From Nemertoderma westbladi (Eukaryota > Animalia > Xenacoelomorpha), in contig JAUCBJ010007778.1 in NCBI GenBank assembly GCA_032718475.1, forward strand, positions 1 to 64,000: a stretch of 64,000 nt of DNA, given 5' to 3'. Below the pieces are notes generated by a model. It worked only from the letters and a program-made list of their open reading frames with translations, searched no databases and was not told the origin of the DNA. Positions 22,533 to 36,169 of this stretch are shown piece by piece. Numbering within the stretch: position 1 is the stretch's first letter; each line of letters begins with the position of its first letter. A program made the translations under genes and the position numbers.

Positions 22533-25262
22533 GGCTGAATAAGCACGTCTATACTTGTGTATTATTGGACACTATTTAGGCCTAAACCTCTGGCTGTATT
22601 ATGAATATATCTAACTTGTGATTACAAACTTGATAACTCATTTTATTTACTGGCGACAAGTATAATCTATCAAACAGCCGGAGAAAGGAGAATATAAGAA
22701 TGGGAACTCTTAATTTGGACCTGGGCGTTTTCAAGTCGATCAATGCCAATCCCGGAGAAACATTGGAATTATTTAATATATACGTCGAGCGAATACAACT
22801 TCTATTCGATTTGACTTTCTGGAAATCCGATGGTACTCCATATTAACCTACTGACAGAGAAAAAAAAGCAATGCTACTATTTCGTGGTGGAGATGATATG
22901 AAGGATCTTTTTACACACCTAGGACATGTGCAAACTGCAGATACCTTCGATCAAGCAGTAGGGAAGATTGTGGATGGCCTTAAATCGTCGACAAACAGCG
23001 TTGTTCAGCGAAACCCTCTTCTTTACAGGATTTCCACAAGGTACAAAATCATTTGACCGGTGGTCCAAAGAGATAAGTAATGCAGCTCGTTAAATAAACT
23101 ATGATGTATACAATTGGCAACAAGCTGCAGTAGATGCAATTATCCTGCAAACTTCGAATCCAAAACTGCGGGAAAGAGACCTACAAGAGAATATAAGTTA
23201 CAGTACAATGATCTTCTCAAACTCGGTATAGCTAAAGAACAGTCTGCCAAGGGTGCTTTACTCCTAGAAAAAGCAAACAACCGTGGACAAACAGATTTTC
23301 TAGCAACTTATGAATTAGAAACAGTTCAACGGATTGGTAAACCAAATAATGTTTCACAATTTTCAGGGACCTCGCACACATCCTTCGGGAGGAAACCAAG
23401 TAACCAACCAAGTAAACCCTGTTTCCGTTGCGCATCAACTAGATGTTCTAAATTGTGTTCAATTCGATTATGGCTCGAGGTATCCACCAAAACTAGAATT
23501 TAATGAAAGATACAAAGAATTGTTTGCAGTAGAAGATCACCATGATATATATGTTAATCGTGTGATCGAGGAATCCCTTCCCCAAGCTATTACACTGGAA
23601 ATGGTCAAACATGAAACTACCAAAGACCCTGAACTTCAAACTCTTATAAAGGATATTTGTGTTAATAAGTTTTGTACAACTTTTCAAAAACATTTTTCTA
23701 GAATATTCTCTGAGCTCACAATCATTGATGGCATTGTTATGAGGAATAACCAATTTGTTATTCCAGCCTCCCTGCAGGCGGACATCATTGGTCTTGCCCA
23801 CGAAGGCCATATGGGACAAGACAAAACCATATTATCATTTTTTCGTCAATCATGTTGGTTCCCTGGAATGACAGCTGCTGTTGCAGACTACGTTAAAACG
23901 TGCATTTTAGCATCCACTAAGCACACCTTTCCAGAACCTCTGAAACCTAATCTATTGCCAAATCGGCCATTGCAGAAACTGCATGCAGATTTTAAAGGTC
24001 CCATAGGGTCTCAGTATTACCTCCATTTGATCATTGACCAGTATTCAAAGTACCCTGAGGTTGACATTGTCACATCTACCAGCTTCACAAAACTAGAACC
24101 ATGCTTAGATCGTGTGTTCGCCATTCATGGTATTCCCGACGAGTTAACTACAGATAATGGACAACCTGATGGTAGTAATTAATTTTTAAAGTACTCTAAA
24201 CGAATGGGGTTTAAACATACTCCAGTGACACCCAGAGACCCCCAGTGCAATGGGTTCGCTGAGAGTTTTGTCAAGGTACTGTGCAAGATAATACAAACGC
24301 TGTCTGTGAAGGAAAAAAAAGTCGATCTCCAGCTGAACTACTTTTTAACCGGAAAATGAAAACCAAACTGCCCAGTTTTGCTCCACTCTCTGAGTCTGCT
24401 GATCTCAAAGAGATTCGTGCTGAACCTGATGCCAAGAAGTTAGCAAAAACTTCAGTTCGACAAGCACCACAGGGCAACATATAAAACTATCAAGAGAGAT
24501 ATGATACGGTCCTTATCGAACAAACAAAGCCATCAATTAAACCTCCTTTTGATCCTAGACCTTACCATGTAACGCAGGTCAAGGGGAGTCAGTTGACAGT
24601 GCAACGTGGTGAAAGTATTCTAAAACGCAGTAAAAACCATATCAAAGTTGTCCAGCGCCGCCCAGAACATTTAGAACCATCCTGGACCAAGACCAACCCA
24701 ATGGAGCCATGGGATTTCAATAGCAACGATATAGAATGTTCTACAACCAACATGCGAGTCCCTCAGACCGTCCCTAATAATCCCATAGAACCTCCTCTAT
24801 CAACATCTGTCTCAGATGCACCGGATGTAGCGAGCTCATCTCAGGTGACAAAGAACTATCCACTGCGCAGCCATGATGCCCTACTGAGATGGAACCCGGA
24901 ACTTAACTCTGGTTCGCCCATACAGTATTACCGAATAAAATATAGGCCGTTTATCTAGAACTATTTTATAAACAGATAGTGAAGTGGAAAGAAAATTATA
25001 GAAAGAAACCTATTTTAGAATACATTAAAAACTATTTTAGAAAGAAAGCTATAGAAAGAAAACTATTTTATGATACATTAAAAATTACTAAGTATACAAC
25101 AAACTGAGATAAACTTTCAGTTTGAAACTGTAAAGGAAGTATGTACTAGACTGACTTACCGGTATGAGTGTACTGAGATAGGGCTGAATAAGCACGACTA
25201 CTGTTCTACTTGTGTATTATTGTACACTATTTAGGCCTACATAAACCTCCGGCTGTATTATG
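22533..25262 (+). mobile_element. Degenerate Ty3/Gypsy LTR retrotransposon (LTR remnants, PBS, broken gag and integrase; PR/RT not seen)
   Basis: Direct repeats GGCTGAATAAGCACG...GGCTGTATTATG at ~22533-22602 and ~25182-25262; PBS-like TGGCGAC at 22651; integrase motifs AHEGHMG, LHADFKGP, DQYSKYPEV and TDNG in ORF 23334-24182. Confidence 0.8.
23510..24660 (+). pseudogene. Gypsy integrase region (H2C2 + rve), disrupted by stops and frameshifts
   Basis: IPASLQADIIGLAHEGHMG...WFPGM...HADFKGP...HGIPDELTTDNG*...PQCNGFAESF...SPAELLFNRKMKTKLP. Confidence 0.8.
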
Positions 25263-26464
25263 GGTATGCCACTGCACTACAACAGTAAAACCGACCCTCT
25301 TGCTGTCTTAATATTAAATACCATAACTTCTGCACTTTTAGCTGTTCAACATCCAACCCTAACAATACTAACAATACAGCAATAGCATGTATTCTGGTTA
25401 TTAATGTGCCTCTACCGTCCTACCGGTAAAGCGAGGATAGTACTTAACTGCATGCTGATTGGTTACTCTTCCTTGGTTGCCCGGCAACAAGGCTTTCTAG
25501 GTAGTATTAGACTCTTTTCAATTTATTTTTTAGCAGCAGGTAAAATTTAAGGCTGATTATTTTTTTCACTGTTTTCCGGAGGGTTTATAGTGTTTTCCCT
25601 GTGTGTTTACGGTGATTACTTAAGGTGTGCTATGCGAGGAGTACATTTAGGATTGCTAATTCAGAGTGGTACATGTCTTAAATTTCTTGCTGATCAATAT
25701 TTTCACTGTTTTCCGGGTGTTTTACAGTGTTTTTCCTATGTTTTACTGTTTTACTAGTGTTTTCCTTAGAACTATCCTAATTAATTAAACCATTTATATC
25801 AGGTAACTTGCAAACACTTATTGAGTATGGTCCAATCTTTTCCGTGTTTGTTCCTGTTTAATTTAGGGTTGATATCTTTTGATATCTTTGATGTCTATCT
25901 ATATCTTTCGTTTTTCTGGTTAGTAATAATTTGATCTGGTTCATGTCTTCTTTACAAATTAAAACGATTTTTAGTTACAGAATGTCGACTGTATTTCCTT
26001 TCAAATAGCATCCATGTTAATTAATAGGCCTACAGTAAGCTACTATTACACAGATTCAAAGCAACATGATACATACCTGTAGTAATATCTGGAATTCATG
26101 ATTCCAAATGTTCGTAAGCCCCAGCTATGTGTCTACTGTAGTGTGTTTAAAAATGGGGTGTTTTAATTTAATTTAAAATATTAATAACTTCATTAAATTA
26201 AATTAAATACAACAAGAGAAAGAGTCACTTTTGCCACTTTGTTTTTAGTTTGAATTTTTGACTAACTAACTACAACGTAACGTAATGCAAGTTTTTTTTC
26301 AAATAAGTTCCTAATTTCAATATATGAAATTGTTTCAGTAATTTATTGATATTATATTATTCTTTATTCCTAAAACAAAGAAACCCTCACGACTACAACA
26401 CTTATCCAATAATTTCTAAAATTAGATTAACAGTTTCTGTTCTGTACTGTAAATTTTTTAAGTA

Positions 26465-27163
26465 TAAAAGTTTCTCGTCCGTGGAGCCTTCGCACAGCAC
26501 GAGACTCGGCTCCGATAAAGGTGAACCCGAGAAAGCTGTAATCCGAGTAGGCCTACTTGTTTGGTTTACTATTACTTTCGTTAGCTTGCCTACAGTATAC
26601 CTGTTCTATTTAAGCAATTATTGTAGGTCACTACTCCAAATTTCAGATAAATCTGATTGGTTCTATTACAGCTACTTTTACGTTTCTGTCAATTCGCCCC
26701 CTAGCGGCAGCCAGAGGAACTAAAGTCTGTATTTGTGTAGACTTTCTAATTCAGCAATGCTCATAGATCACTCCTACCACATTTCAGATGAATCGGATGG
26801 TTGGTTCTATAAGTACAGCTATACTTCAACGTTTCTGTCAATTCGCCCCCTAGCGGCAGACAGAGTAACCGTATAATTCCGTCCTTGTGTATAATTTCTA
26901 AACTTTTGATAGACTACATGTGTACAGAGTTTGGTTCCATTTCATCCATGATTGACCGCCTTATTTCGGTTTTTATCATAAGTCTGAAACTACAGGTGTC
27001 GAGTGACAGACTGCCTGATTTTTTTTACCAAACTTCAGATTCTTTCTAAACTTTTGACGGACTACAAAAGTACCAAGATTGGGACGACGACGATGACAGA
27101 CAAATCTTTAATGGTACAGTACTCCTACGCTAAGGCTTCACTTACTTCGTGGCTCGCCCCACA
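26465..27163 (-). mobile_element. DINE-1/Helentron-associated-like non-autonomous element with two ~149-bp repeats containing CTGCCGCTAGGGGGCGAATT (minus strand)
   Basis: Termini shared with the 34150 and 40297 copies (CGTG.CTCGCCCCACA; CGTGG.G.CTTCGC.CAGCACG); AATTCGCCCCCTAGCGGCAG at 26691 and 26840. Confidence 0.6.
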
Positions 27164-30100
27164 TTCCATCACTTTAAGCTTAGCTATTTTTATTTTAATT
27201 AGAGACTGGGAAAAACTGTATTAAATAAAAAGCGCTAAGATTATGCTATGGAGTAAGCCTAGTATTTATTTTATTTTATTTTTTTATCAATAAATAATTT
27301 TCGAAATTGTTCTCAGGTCGCACAGCATTATGCACAACCTTCCCTGTTATCCCACAACCACCTCCACAACACCAAGCTGAATGTTAACTGGCGGCACATG
27401 GAAATCAATTCATACAATTTATTGGAGGAAGAAGTGTATTGAAGAAAAATAAAGTGTAATAGTAAAATAAACATGTACATAAACAATAACATACATAAAC
27501 AATAACATTCAACCCACGGAGTAAAGTAATCGAACAAATATATTTTATTGGAAATGTATTCTAGCCAATGTGTTCGCCAACTATATCGTACATTATTGAA
27601 GTCCAGATAAATGAAAGCGCACATTAGCTAAGTATAATACTGCGAGTTATTTGATCAACAAACGTAACCGCCATCCTTACTAACAATAATACTTATAATA
27701 CAGCAAAACAATAAGTAAACACAGTGAATAATTCGCGCACAAAAAATGCTTTAAGTAATACAGATATACTAAATAATAACTGCGTATATTTGGCCTACAA
27801 CAATAGGGCACTGTGTGTGCAGTGGTGTATAATGTAGTCTAACGTGAGATTAAGCATACGAATAATTACAGTGCAGTATTCGTGGGAAACATTTAAAATA
27901 TATTATTATTAAATATCAAGTTTTAGAATTTATAGCATTTAGTAAACTTGAAGATATAGAGACGGGAATTACAATCTTATCCAATGATATGAAACTATTA
28001 TTCGAAACTGGAAATATTCAATTCAATCAAAGCATTTTTGAGATTTTGGGTCTGGGTCCTTCAAAGTGTCTTAAATGTCAATGTTATAAACAAAATAAAA
28101 GGGTAAAATAAAAAAAAAGGTATATTCAAAAAGGTTTTAGCTTTCTGAGTCAAACTGTCAAAACCAAAGGAGAGCAACAAACGCTACCACACACTATTTA
28201 GTATTCCATTAATAGATAAAATTATTAAATTACGAAAACTAATTATCTCACAAAAATAATTTCAAAGAACAAAAATAAGCGTATTTTATATCAACCTTAC
28301 TGGTTGCACATGAGTAAACGGAAAACGTTTCCAATAAATTAATCATAAATAATCTCAAATTAGATAGGGACTGGGCAAATCAAGTCAACAGTAAATCAAG
28401 ATTGCGTGAGAATGGCGCTTAAAAATTATTTGTAGCATTGGGTATCGTAATGACTGTTTGCATTTCACAAGGTTAGAAAAGTCCCCAAATAAGGGGGGGG
28501 GGGGGGCTTTCTCAACGCAATCCAAATTCATCCACCGCCAGGGGAAAATCGACACAAAAAACAGCTAAAAATAACTCCTAAAAATAAAACTTTAACCTGT
28601 TCTATTGACTTTCGTTTATTGTTTTGGTTAGAAGAACGTGCCTCTGTGACCTGATCCTTTCCCTAAATTGGTAATTTATCATTGAGACAAATTATAAATT
28701 CGCCGAGATGGGATTTGCGTAGAGTTGAAATAGAGACCTACAGATAATTATTTTGAAAAATACCTGAGACAAAAGCCAGAGATCCGAAACTTTGCTTATT
28801 TTTGTACTTACTTTACTACTGATTATATTTAACCTTTAACACAATCACGTACGTATGACCCGATAACTATTTTTCTATGGTTGAATTACGGTAAATCCAA
28901 CCCGATCAACCCTTTTACCCAAAGGAAAAAATAAGCGTACGTACAATTTATGGGGCTTCCCTCATCCCATTGACCCAATCAACCGTTACCCAGTGGAGTA
29001 CAATTAGGTGTAGTAATATATACTCGCCTCCTTTACCAGCCTCGTTCTCTCCATTTGACCGCCATATATCTATCCTACAACGAGGTGAAAAGAGCTACCG
29101 TAACTTTTACTTTTACACTTTCAGCCTTCAGCTTCAAGGATAAGAAAAAATTAATTCGAATAATTTTCTCCCAATTTAATTTAAGGATACAAAACGAAAG
29201 GGGTTCGTTTAACCCCAAACCCGTCCTTATAATTTTTTGTCACAAGAAACAAAGCAATTCATATTTAAATTTCGTTAAAACTAACAGGATGGGTTTCCTT
29301 TTTTCAATTTTATAATATATTACAATCAAGCGGTCGCATTAAGGTATATCTCACTACCCATTTAGCTGTAGTTACTATCTAGAATAATTTATAATCACTT
29401 AATAAATATATTTATCCTACTGAACTGACTACAACTTATAAATAATAACTACACAGACTCTGTAAACAATGCCTCGATGTAATTACTAAATATATATATT
29501 CTACTTATATTTAGATATATATATTTTAAGAAAAACGTACATATTTACCGGTATATATTAGGTTAACTTTAAAACCTAACTTATCTATATATTTGCACCA
29601 AAAACTATTCAAATTATTATAATTTAATTTAAAAAGAATAAATAATTTTATACTTTAAAATAAATTATAATATTCCGAATCAGATTAACAACGTTGTCAT
29701 CCGATTCACATAAAGTGGGTGGGGGGGGGGGGGGGGCTAAGGACCTCGCAGGCAAAATCATACCTCTTCTCTTGAGAAAATTCACACCAGTTGACTACGA
29801 GGAAAAATCCCAACCCCGCCTCACCCCCTACCCGCACACACAAACAGAACGTCTCCAAAAACAATAATAACGATAAAATAGAGTTACACTACATTAATTA
29901 ATATTTATTGGAAATAATAATAAGTAGTTGAACTACTACAAACACCAACTTTATAAAGTAATAATATCAAAGCTCTATAAGACCAGGAGTGACTAATTGA
30001 CCAAAATAGTTAAAGTTGCACCAGAAATCTTCCGGTAAACAAAATTGTCGGACACGATTAAATAAAATGTTTAAAGTTTTCACAGGCGTTCAGTTCTAGT

Positions 30101-30205
30101 ATTTACTTTCACGAAAAAATAGCTCAGTCTGTAAGGAGTCGCTCCCCAGTTGGTATCAGTCAGCCAGTAGGAACGGCCGGGTCTGGATTTATTATACCTA
30201 GTGGA

Positions 30206-30371
30206 TTACCTACGATGGTTGGCTACATTGTGATTGGCGTTACTGTTACGTTCGAACATGGTGTCTTCGTCGTCGTCGTCATCCTCGTCTTGCAATCTCG
30301 CCATCTCCATGTCGTTACCCGCTGTAGTTATAACACCGTATTTCTTTGTTTTACTTTTCCGATGTCGCGTT
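30206..30371 (-). CDS. FAM174: FAM174 (DUF1180)-family membrane protein, coding exon 2
   Basis: Acceptor TTTTTTAG|A; RHRKSKTKKYGVI...MEMARLQDEDDDDDEDTMFE matches the FAM174 cytosolic tail (basic-YG, acidic tract, D-T-x-F). Confidence 0.85.
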
Positions 30372-31026
30372 CTAAAAAAAATAGTAATGAATAACTGACA
30401 CTGGCACACATACTGTAGGTAGTCTAATTCAATTGCTTATGTTGCACTTGCACCTTTCAACTTAAAATTCTGAAATTAATTTGGGCATTCGTATGCTGCC
30501 AGACAATATTGAAATGATGCTCATCCTTAAATATAACATATAGGTTATAACATAATACTTATAATCTAAATTTAACACAAATTGAGACTGTTATAACATA
30601 TTGCCCTCATTTACTTTATTTAAGTAAATTATTAATTTTATTTCCTGTAATTTTTTCTGTTACTGATATTGTAATTTGAATTGTTGTTTTGTAAATTTAT
30701 TATTCATGCCCAGCCCCGGCCCCCAAGGATTTTGTACCCCCGGTCGTTCACTAATCCCAATTCGAGTTAATGGCGCAAAATGACTTATTTAATTTAAAAC
30801 ATTAATAAAGGAAAATGAGCAGGTTACAGAGGTTATGTTTTCAAACCAAAACAATAATCTAGACTTTATTTCCCTTGCGGTGTATTTGCGCTGAAGATCA
30901 CAATTGCCACATGCCTGCATGCGGTCAATGTCCTGCCTAATTATTATAACGAATTCAAATACCGGTACTTTGATATCATGGATATATGCTGACCGAAGAG
31001 AAGACCACAATGACTGAATGACTAAC

Positions 31027-31352
31027 CTGCATGCGCGGACAATGAAGAATATAACGACGAGAGACGATACGGCAATCAGAACATACATCATCCGTTTAAC
31101 AACATCCATACTCTCAGGATTATTAAATAAATTATTGAATATATTGCCATCATGTGAGTTTGGGGTTGTGGTATTTACATCATTTGTATCGTTAGACGCA
31201 GTACTCGCAGTAGTTGCTGCGTTTAGAGTGGCGGAGTCCGGTTTCGGAGTTTGTGGAGAATCAGCCAGATCGGAGACACCAACCGCCATAACCAAAACAA
31301 CGAGAATCGACACGAGTGCATGTCGGCAGCACGAACAGAACCTCTTGGCCAT
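31027..31352 (-). CDS. FAM174: FAM174-family membrane protein, coding exon 1 (signal peptide, T/S-rich ectodomain, TM)
   Basis: MAKRF...LVSILVVLVMAVGVS signal; RMMYVLIAVSSLVVIFFIVRACR TM; donor AG|GTTAGT phase 2 joins exon 2 in frame (492 nt, 163 aa). Confidence 0.85.
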
Positions 31353-32756
31353 AGTAGCAAATTGAATTGTTATGTGTAGGTAGTCAGTGGTTATTATGTT
31401 CACAGATATTACAGTATTATACTGAATTTTCAATCTACTACAAGGTACGATCTACTTAAGATATAATACATTTATTGTAAGAAATACCGATACATAAGGC
31501 TTAGTTAGGCCAAATTGATTTAGAATGACACAACTGCACAAGCAGACAAGCTCAATATTTCACAACCTACCAGTATTGCCTAGGCCAGTAGGCTAGGCGG
31601 CTTAGAACATTTTTTGTCACCATATTTACCACTAACAGGATAGTTAGGTAGTAGGCCTACGATTAAAAATGTAGAAGATTCTTAACAATTATTCATAAAC
31701 CTTCCAATAAAGATATAAAATACAATGGGCTACAAATGCAGAAATGCAGAAATGTTAACCAGTGTGTCATGATTAGTGTTAAGAACAGAGGAGGACCAAA
31801 GCCTGCAAATCCAGAGGACGTCACAACAATTCTGGACCAATACAGCAATATCTGAAAAGGCCATATAAGCTATAACATTACCGCTACCTGGCTACCGGGA
31901 CCGTTTTCGACAGTTCGATTTAAAGTTTGAAAATAGCAGGACACTACCGATTATTACTGTATTAATTAATGTAGTACATAGTACCGGTATTGGCTGTACC
32001 GCACCGGTATTTGTTTTTGTTTTGTATATTGCATATTGCTGTATTGATTGATTAGATTGACCTGACGAGACGGCCTGAGCTCAGGAGCTTGATTGGTTCA
32101 TCAATTCATTTGTTATGGCTGTATGGTTAGATAAATTTTATGGGGTCGCATTTGTTCAAGATTATAGGCCTATTTTATACAGCACTGGTAGATCAGTCTG
32201 CTGGTCTGTCAGTAGATACCAGTAAGCCTACAATATATTAAAATAATAGATTGGAAATTCAGAATTTTGTTTTAAAGGGATAGCTGGATAGGGTAATTTT
32301 AGTCTGTCCAGCTGCCAGCAGTGAGGTTTTATTGTCGGCTTAGGCTAGTTAAAGACAGAAACTCAAAAGTCTCGTGACAGACCGAACACCGAACGTAATC
32401 AGGATCGAATGTAACATAGCAGTAAGGTACAGCAGTGCAGTACAGTCAGCCAGTTAGAGGTTTTGTGCAGCCAGACAGCCAGATGAAATCTCACTTTTTT
32501 CCAGCCAGTTCATAGAAACACCAGCCCACACCTGGCTGGTCTGGATATCAATTGGCTGGCCTATTGCTGTATTGCAGTTCCGTTATTAGGCTGCTTTGTC
32601 CAGAGGAGTTAACCCTCTACAGCTCTGATAAATGATTGACAGACTTTCCTGTGATGTAGCTGCAATGGCAATGCTTGACAGATTTTCTTGTGATATAACC
32701 GCAATGCTTGCAGGTGTTATTGTGATGTAGCCGCTCTGTGGGAGGTTGGGTATAAC

Positions 32757-32796
32757 CAGGGCCTTCATAAAAAATAGTTATTTTATGAAGGCCCTG
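32757..32796. mobile_element. 40-bp minimal TIR element with 7-bp target-site duplication
   Basis: GTATAAC | CAGGGCCTTCATAAAA-AATAGTTA-TTTTATGAAGGCCCTG | GTATAAC. Confidence 0.75.
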
Positions 32797-33093
32797 GTAT
32801 AACTGAAATGGAGGCCCCTTCCCCTTGTGCCTTTGGTGCCCTGTGCCTGGCCTGGAATACAACTGTGAACTGTAGATGTTGAATTAACGTTTACGGTAAG
32901 TCTGTAAGTTGTAATAATAAGTTGATTTTATGTTAAAGTTTAAAATTCGTTAAATTATGCAGGGCTTAAATTGCTTAAATTGTGCTTTGGATGTAACTTT
33001 CCTCTCTCAAAAGCTGGCTGCTACTGATAGACAATAGACATGCTGACATGGCACATGGCTTATGGAAAGATTCATAATTGAATAATCTAAATA

Positions 33094-33218
33094 CATTAAC
33101 CTTACATATCACCTAATAAAGTAATAAACTTACATAACATATTACCCAATAAAGTAATTAACCTTACTGTACATACAGACATATTACCTAATAAAGTAAT
33201 TAACCCTTACATATTATC
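33094..33218. repeat. ~30-bp AT-rich minisatellite (ATTAACCTTACATATTACCTAATAAAGTA-like), about 4 degenerate copies
   Basis: Repeated ACC.AATAAAGTAAT.AA.CTTAC. Confidence 0.6.
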
Positions 33219-34149
33219 TAATTGAGTATTGCGGTCATCGTAGGCTAATCTTACTACTTAATATCCCTCATGGCCTTGTAGGCTACTTGGTTTGGTAGTA
33301 TTGCAGAATGGGCCAAGGCTAGCCGTTATGCCTAGATGTACTTGACTTGTAATAACAAAATGAAGTTCCCACTATTTAAGGTTAAAAATCTCTTGCACCA
33401 AATTAATGTATTCTACAATCTACTGTACAATCTGTTTTCTGCACTACATTATTGTTTGACAGTAGACTATTAAATGAATGTTGTACAGCATGATGTCGCA
33501 ATGTGAGAGTCACTCCTGCAGCTACAGTAACATATGCAATCAATATTTATTAATAAAGTAAAGTACATTACATATACGTATCATAGCAGTAATATTGTTT
33601 AAGTAATACAATATGATGTTGTAGAGCCTTGAGCCTATGTCTTATGTACTGTAATATATCATTTACTCTACTGTATACAATTATTTACCTCTCTGCTTCC
33701 GAAGATGCATCGATGGAAAACCTATATGTACAATACTGCACAATATCGGAATGTACAGTACAATGTACGGTGTAGTATTTCTAAACATACAGTAGTGTCC
33801 CTTTATACAATGACCTGGCCATTATGGCCATACCAGTTGTCCAATACCCACGGCCACGCCCATTGCTAATGTACTACCATTGTATCGTATGGTTTCATTC
33901 CTTGTTCTACTGTAGTCTTTAGGCTCGTTTTCGATTTAGATGCTAGGCCCCACCGTAAAGCAGATAGCTGCTTGCAGCTGGTGTGCTGTAAAGTACGACG
34001 TACCACAACAATCAAGCTCCAAAAAATCGTACCATATAAACACTTTCAATGATTTTTCCTTAGCAAACATGGATTTGACAAAGTAACAAGGTACAGTGAC
34101 TACGTAATATACGTACTGTAGGTTGAATTTTCTCACATTTTGGTAATAT

Positions 34150-34330
34150 TGTGGGGCGGCCACGAAAGTAAGCGAGCTTAGCATACGGGTACCCATTATC
34201 GGTGTGTCTGTGTAGATCTGCCGTTCTGCAGATCCGTGTTTTACTTTAATAACTCGGCTAATCCTCGGATGAAATCTAACCAAACTTGGTACACATATTG
34301 TTTGGTAGAATTTTAGAAATTTTCCAAATA
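34150..34330 (+). mobile_element. 5' part of a DINE-1/Helentron-associated-like element
   Basis: TGTGGGGCGGCCACGAAAGTAAGCGAGCTTAGC matches the reverse complement of ~27125-27163; followed by GTGTCTGTG and ACCAAACTTGGTACACA. Confidence 0.55.
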
Positions 34331-34719
34331 GATAATTTGCGTGTGGCCTTCGAGAAACTAAGAAAAGGCAGTGGTAATTAGTTAATTGTTAATTAAGTAC
34401 ATGGATTGCGGTAAAAAAACATCATTAATCTGCCTGCCCTTTACGGGCTTCAGTAATAGGTTTTCTGGGGCGCAAAATAAATTGGAAAATATTTAGAAAT
34501 GATATGATTACTATAAATGGCTGTTTAGTCCTCTCTGCGTAGGAAAAAAATGAAAAAAACAAGTAACCAGCACTTTTCAGTTAGAACACAAAATTTTTAA
34601 TTCACTTATACGATACTATAAATTAACATTTTCAGGTTTTCTAGGGCGCTGATTCTAATGGAATACATTTCTAATATGCCAGATCATTGCTACTTGTATT
34701 TTTCGGCTTAATTTGGGAA

Positions 34720-35734
34720 ATTTTGGTGCTAGCACCAAATTTCGTACCCATCGCCAAAAAGTACAAGTTTGCGATGTCCAGTGCTGTTTTTTTTAATTCC
34801 ATCGGTTTCAGAACCCTCATAAACCCGTATAACGCAAGAAACAAGATGATACTATCTATTGTAATCGTGTAATTGTGGTGCTGGCACAACAATTTTCACC
34901 CACCGGCGAACAATGCAAGTTTGAAAACTCTTATGAAATTTTTACTGATTCCATTGAATTCAGAACCCTCACGAACCCGTATAGCGCAAGAAACAAGGTG
35001 ACACAATCAATTGATATATTTGATAGGTTCAAAATTTGGGGCTAGCACCAAATTTTGCACCAACTTCCGATACAATGTCTAGTTCGTATTATATTGCCAT
35101 TGAATTCAGAACAGCCATACACCTCTAAAACGCAATAAATAAATTGTCACAAGCAATTTTATCTCTTGAATGAATTTTTTTCAAAATTTCGTGCTAGCAC
35201 CAAAATTTACACTCAGCACCGAAAATACGCTTGGTGAAACTCGTATATATTCCATCGAAACAAGAATCCAAAAAAACCCCAATTGCGTAAAAAATAAGTT
35301 TCAAACAATCAATTTACAAAATTGACATATTTCAAAATTTGGTGCTGGCACCAAAATTTGGCACCCGCCGAAAAAGACATGTTTGAAATTTCTAAATTAA
35401 TTTATATGAATTCCATCCAATTGCTAACACCAAAAAACCGGTGTATATCAAAAATAGAGATGTTACGAATCATATTTAATGAAATGTAATTTTCAAAAAA
35501 CGTCTCAAAAAAAAGTGCCAAAAGTAGGGTTAAAAAATGGTGCTATAACTCCAAAACTACCCAATATTTTGAAAAACGGTTATCACTACTAGGAAGACAA
35601 TAGATTTTTAGGAAAAGTCATAAAATTTCAGATTCCCAACTGCGTTTGTTTCAGAACTATAACAAAAAAACCATGGAGGAAGGGGGTCATATTGACCCCC
35701 CCCCCCCCCCCCCCCCCCGGTTTAATAGGGTTAA
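34720..35734. mobile_element. Non-autonomous element with ~5 diverged ~155-bp internal repeats and a GGG|TTAA right end
   Basis: G.GCT(A/G)GCAC.A.A at ~34725, 34877, 35039, 35191 and 35341; terminal GGGGTCATATTGACCCC palindrome, poly-C and AATAGGGTTAA. Confidence 0.5.
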
Positions 35735-36169
35735 TGGAAATGAATTATTTTATACAGTAGTTATATTTAAACTTAAAAGATATACCTGTAATCCCCATCC
35801 ATAGCCCATTCCAAGTGTTGCAACGGGATCCCGATCCGAGTCCCGATCCCGATGGAAAAATATCGGGATTTTTCGGGATTTGCTATTTCTAAATTTATAT
35901 GCCCTGTAGCTTAAAATTTGTAAAATTGTATAAAATTGACAATTTTTGCTCGCCCCATCAAAATGAACAATTTTTGTTAAAAACAAAAATTTTAGAGGAT
36001 TTTCATTGGATGATTGATAAGTTGATTCATAGGGAAATGAGTTAAGAAATGCAAGGAAATTTCATAGACATGTTCCCAAAAAATTTCTATTTTATTAATT
36101 TTTTATAAAAAGTTTACTTTTAATAGTAAATATTTGCAGAAATATCCTCATATTAATTGCATAAAATAT

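Larger units (their letters stand above)
22316..25778. mobile_element. Foldback element with ~200-bp inverted arms (~22316-22520 and ~25570-25778) enclosing a Gypsy remnant
   Basis: ACACCCGGAAAACAGTGAAAATATTGATCAGCA...ACTATAAACCCTCCGGAAAA is mirrored as TTTTCCGGAGGGTTTATAGTG...TGCTGATCAATATTTTCACTGTTTTCCGGGTGT. Confidence 0.75.

Noticed and set aside
30789-31433. 214-aa single-exon ORF
   Set aside because: Only 31352-31027 is FAM174-like; the remainder is UTR/intron read-through
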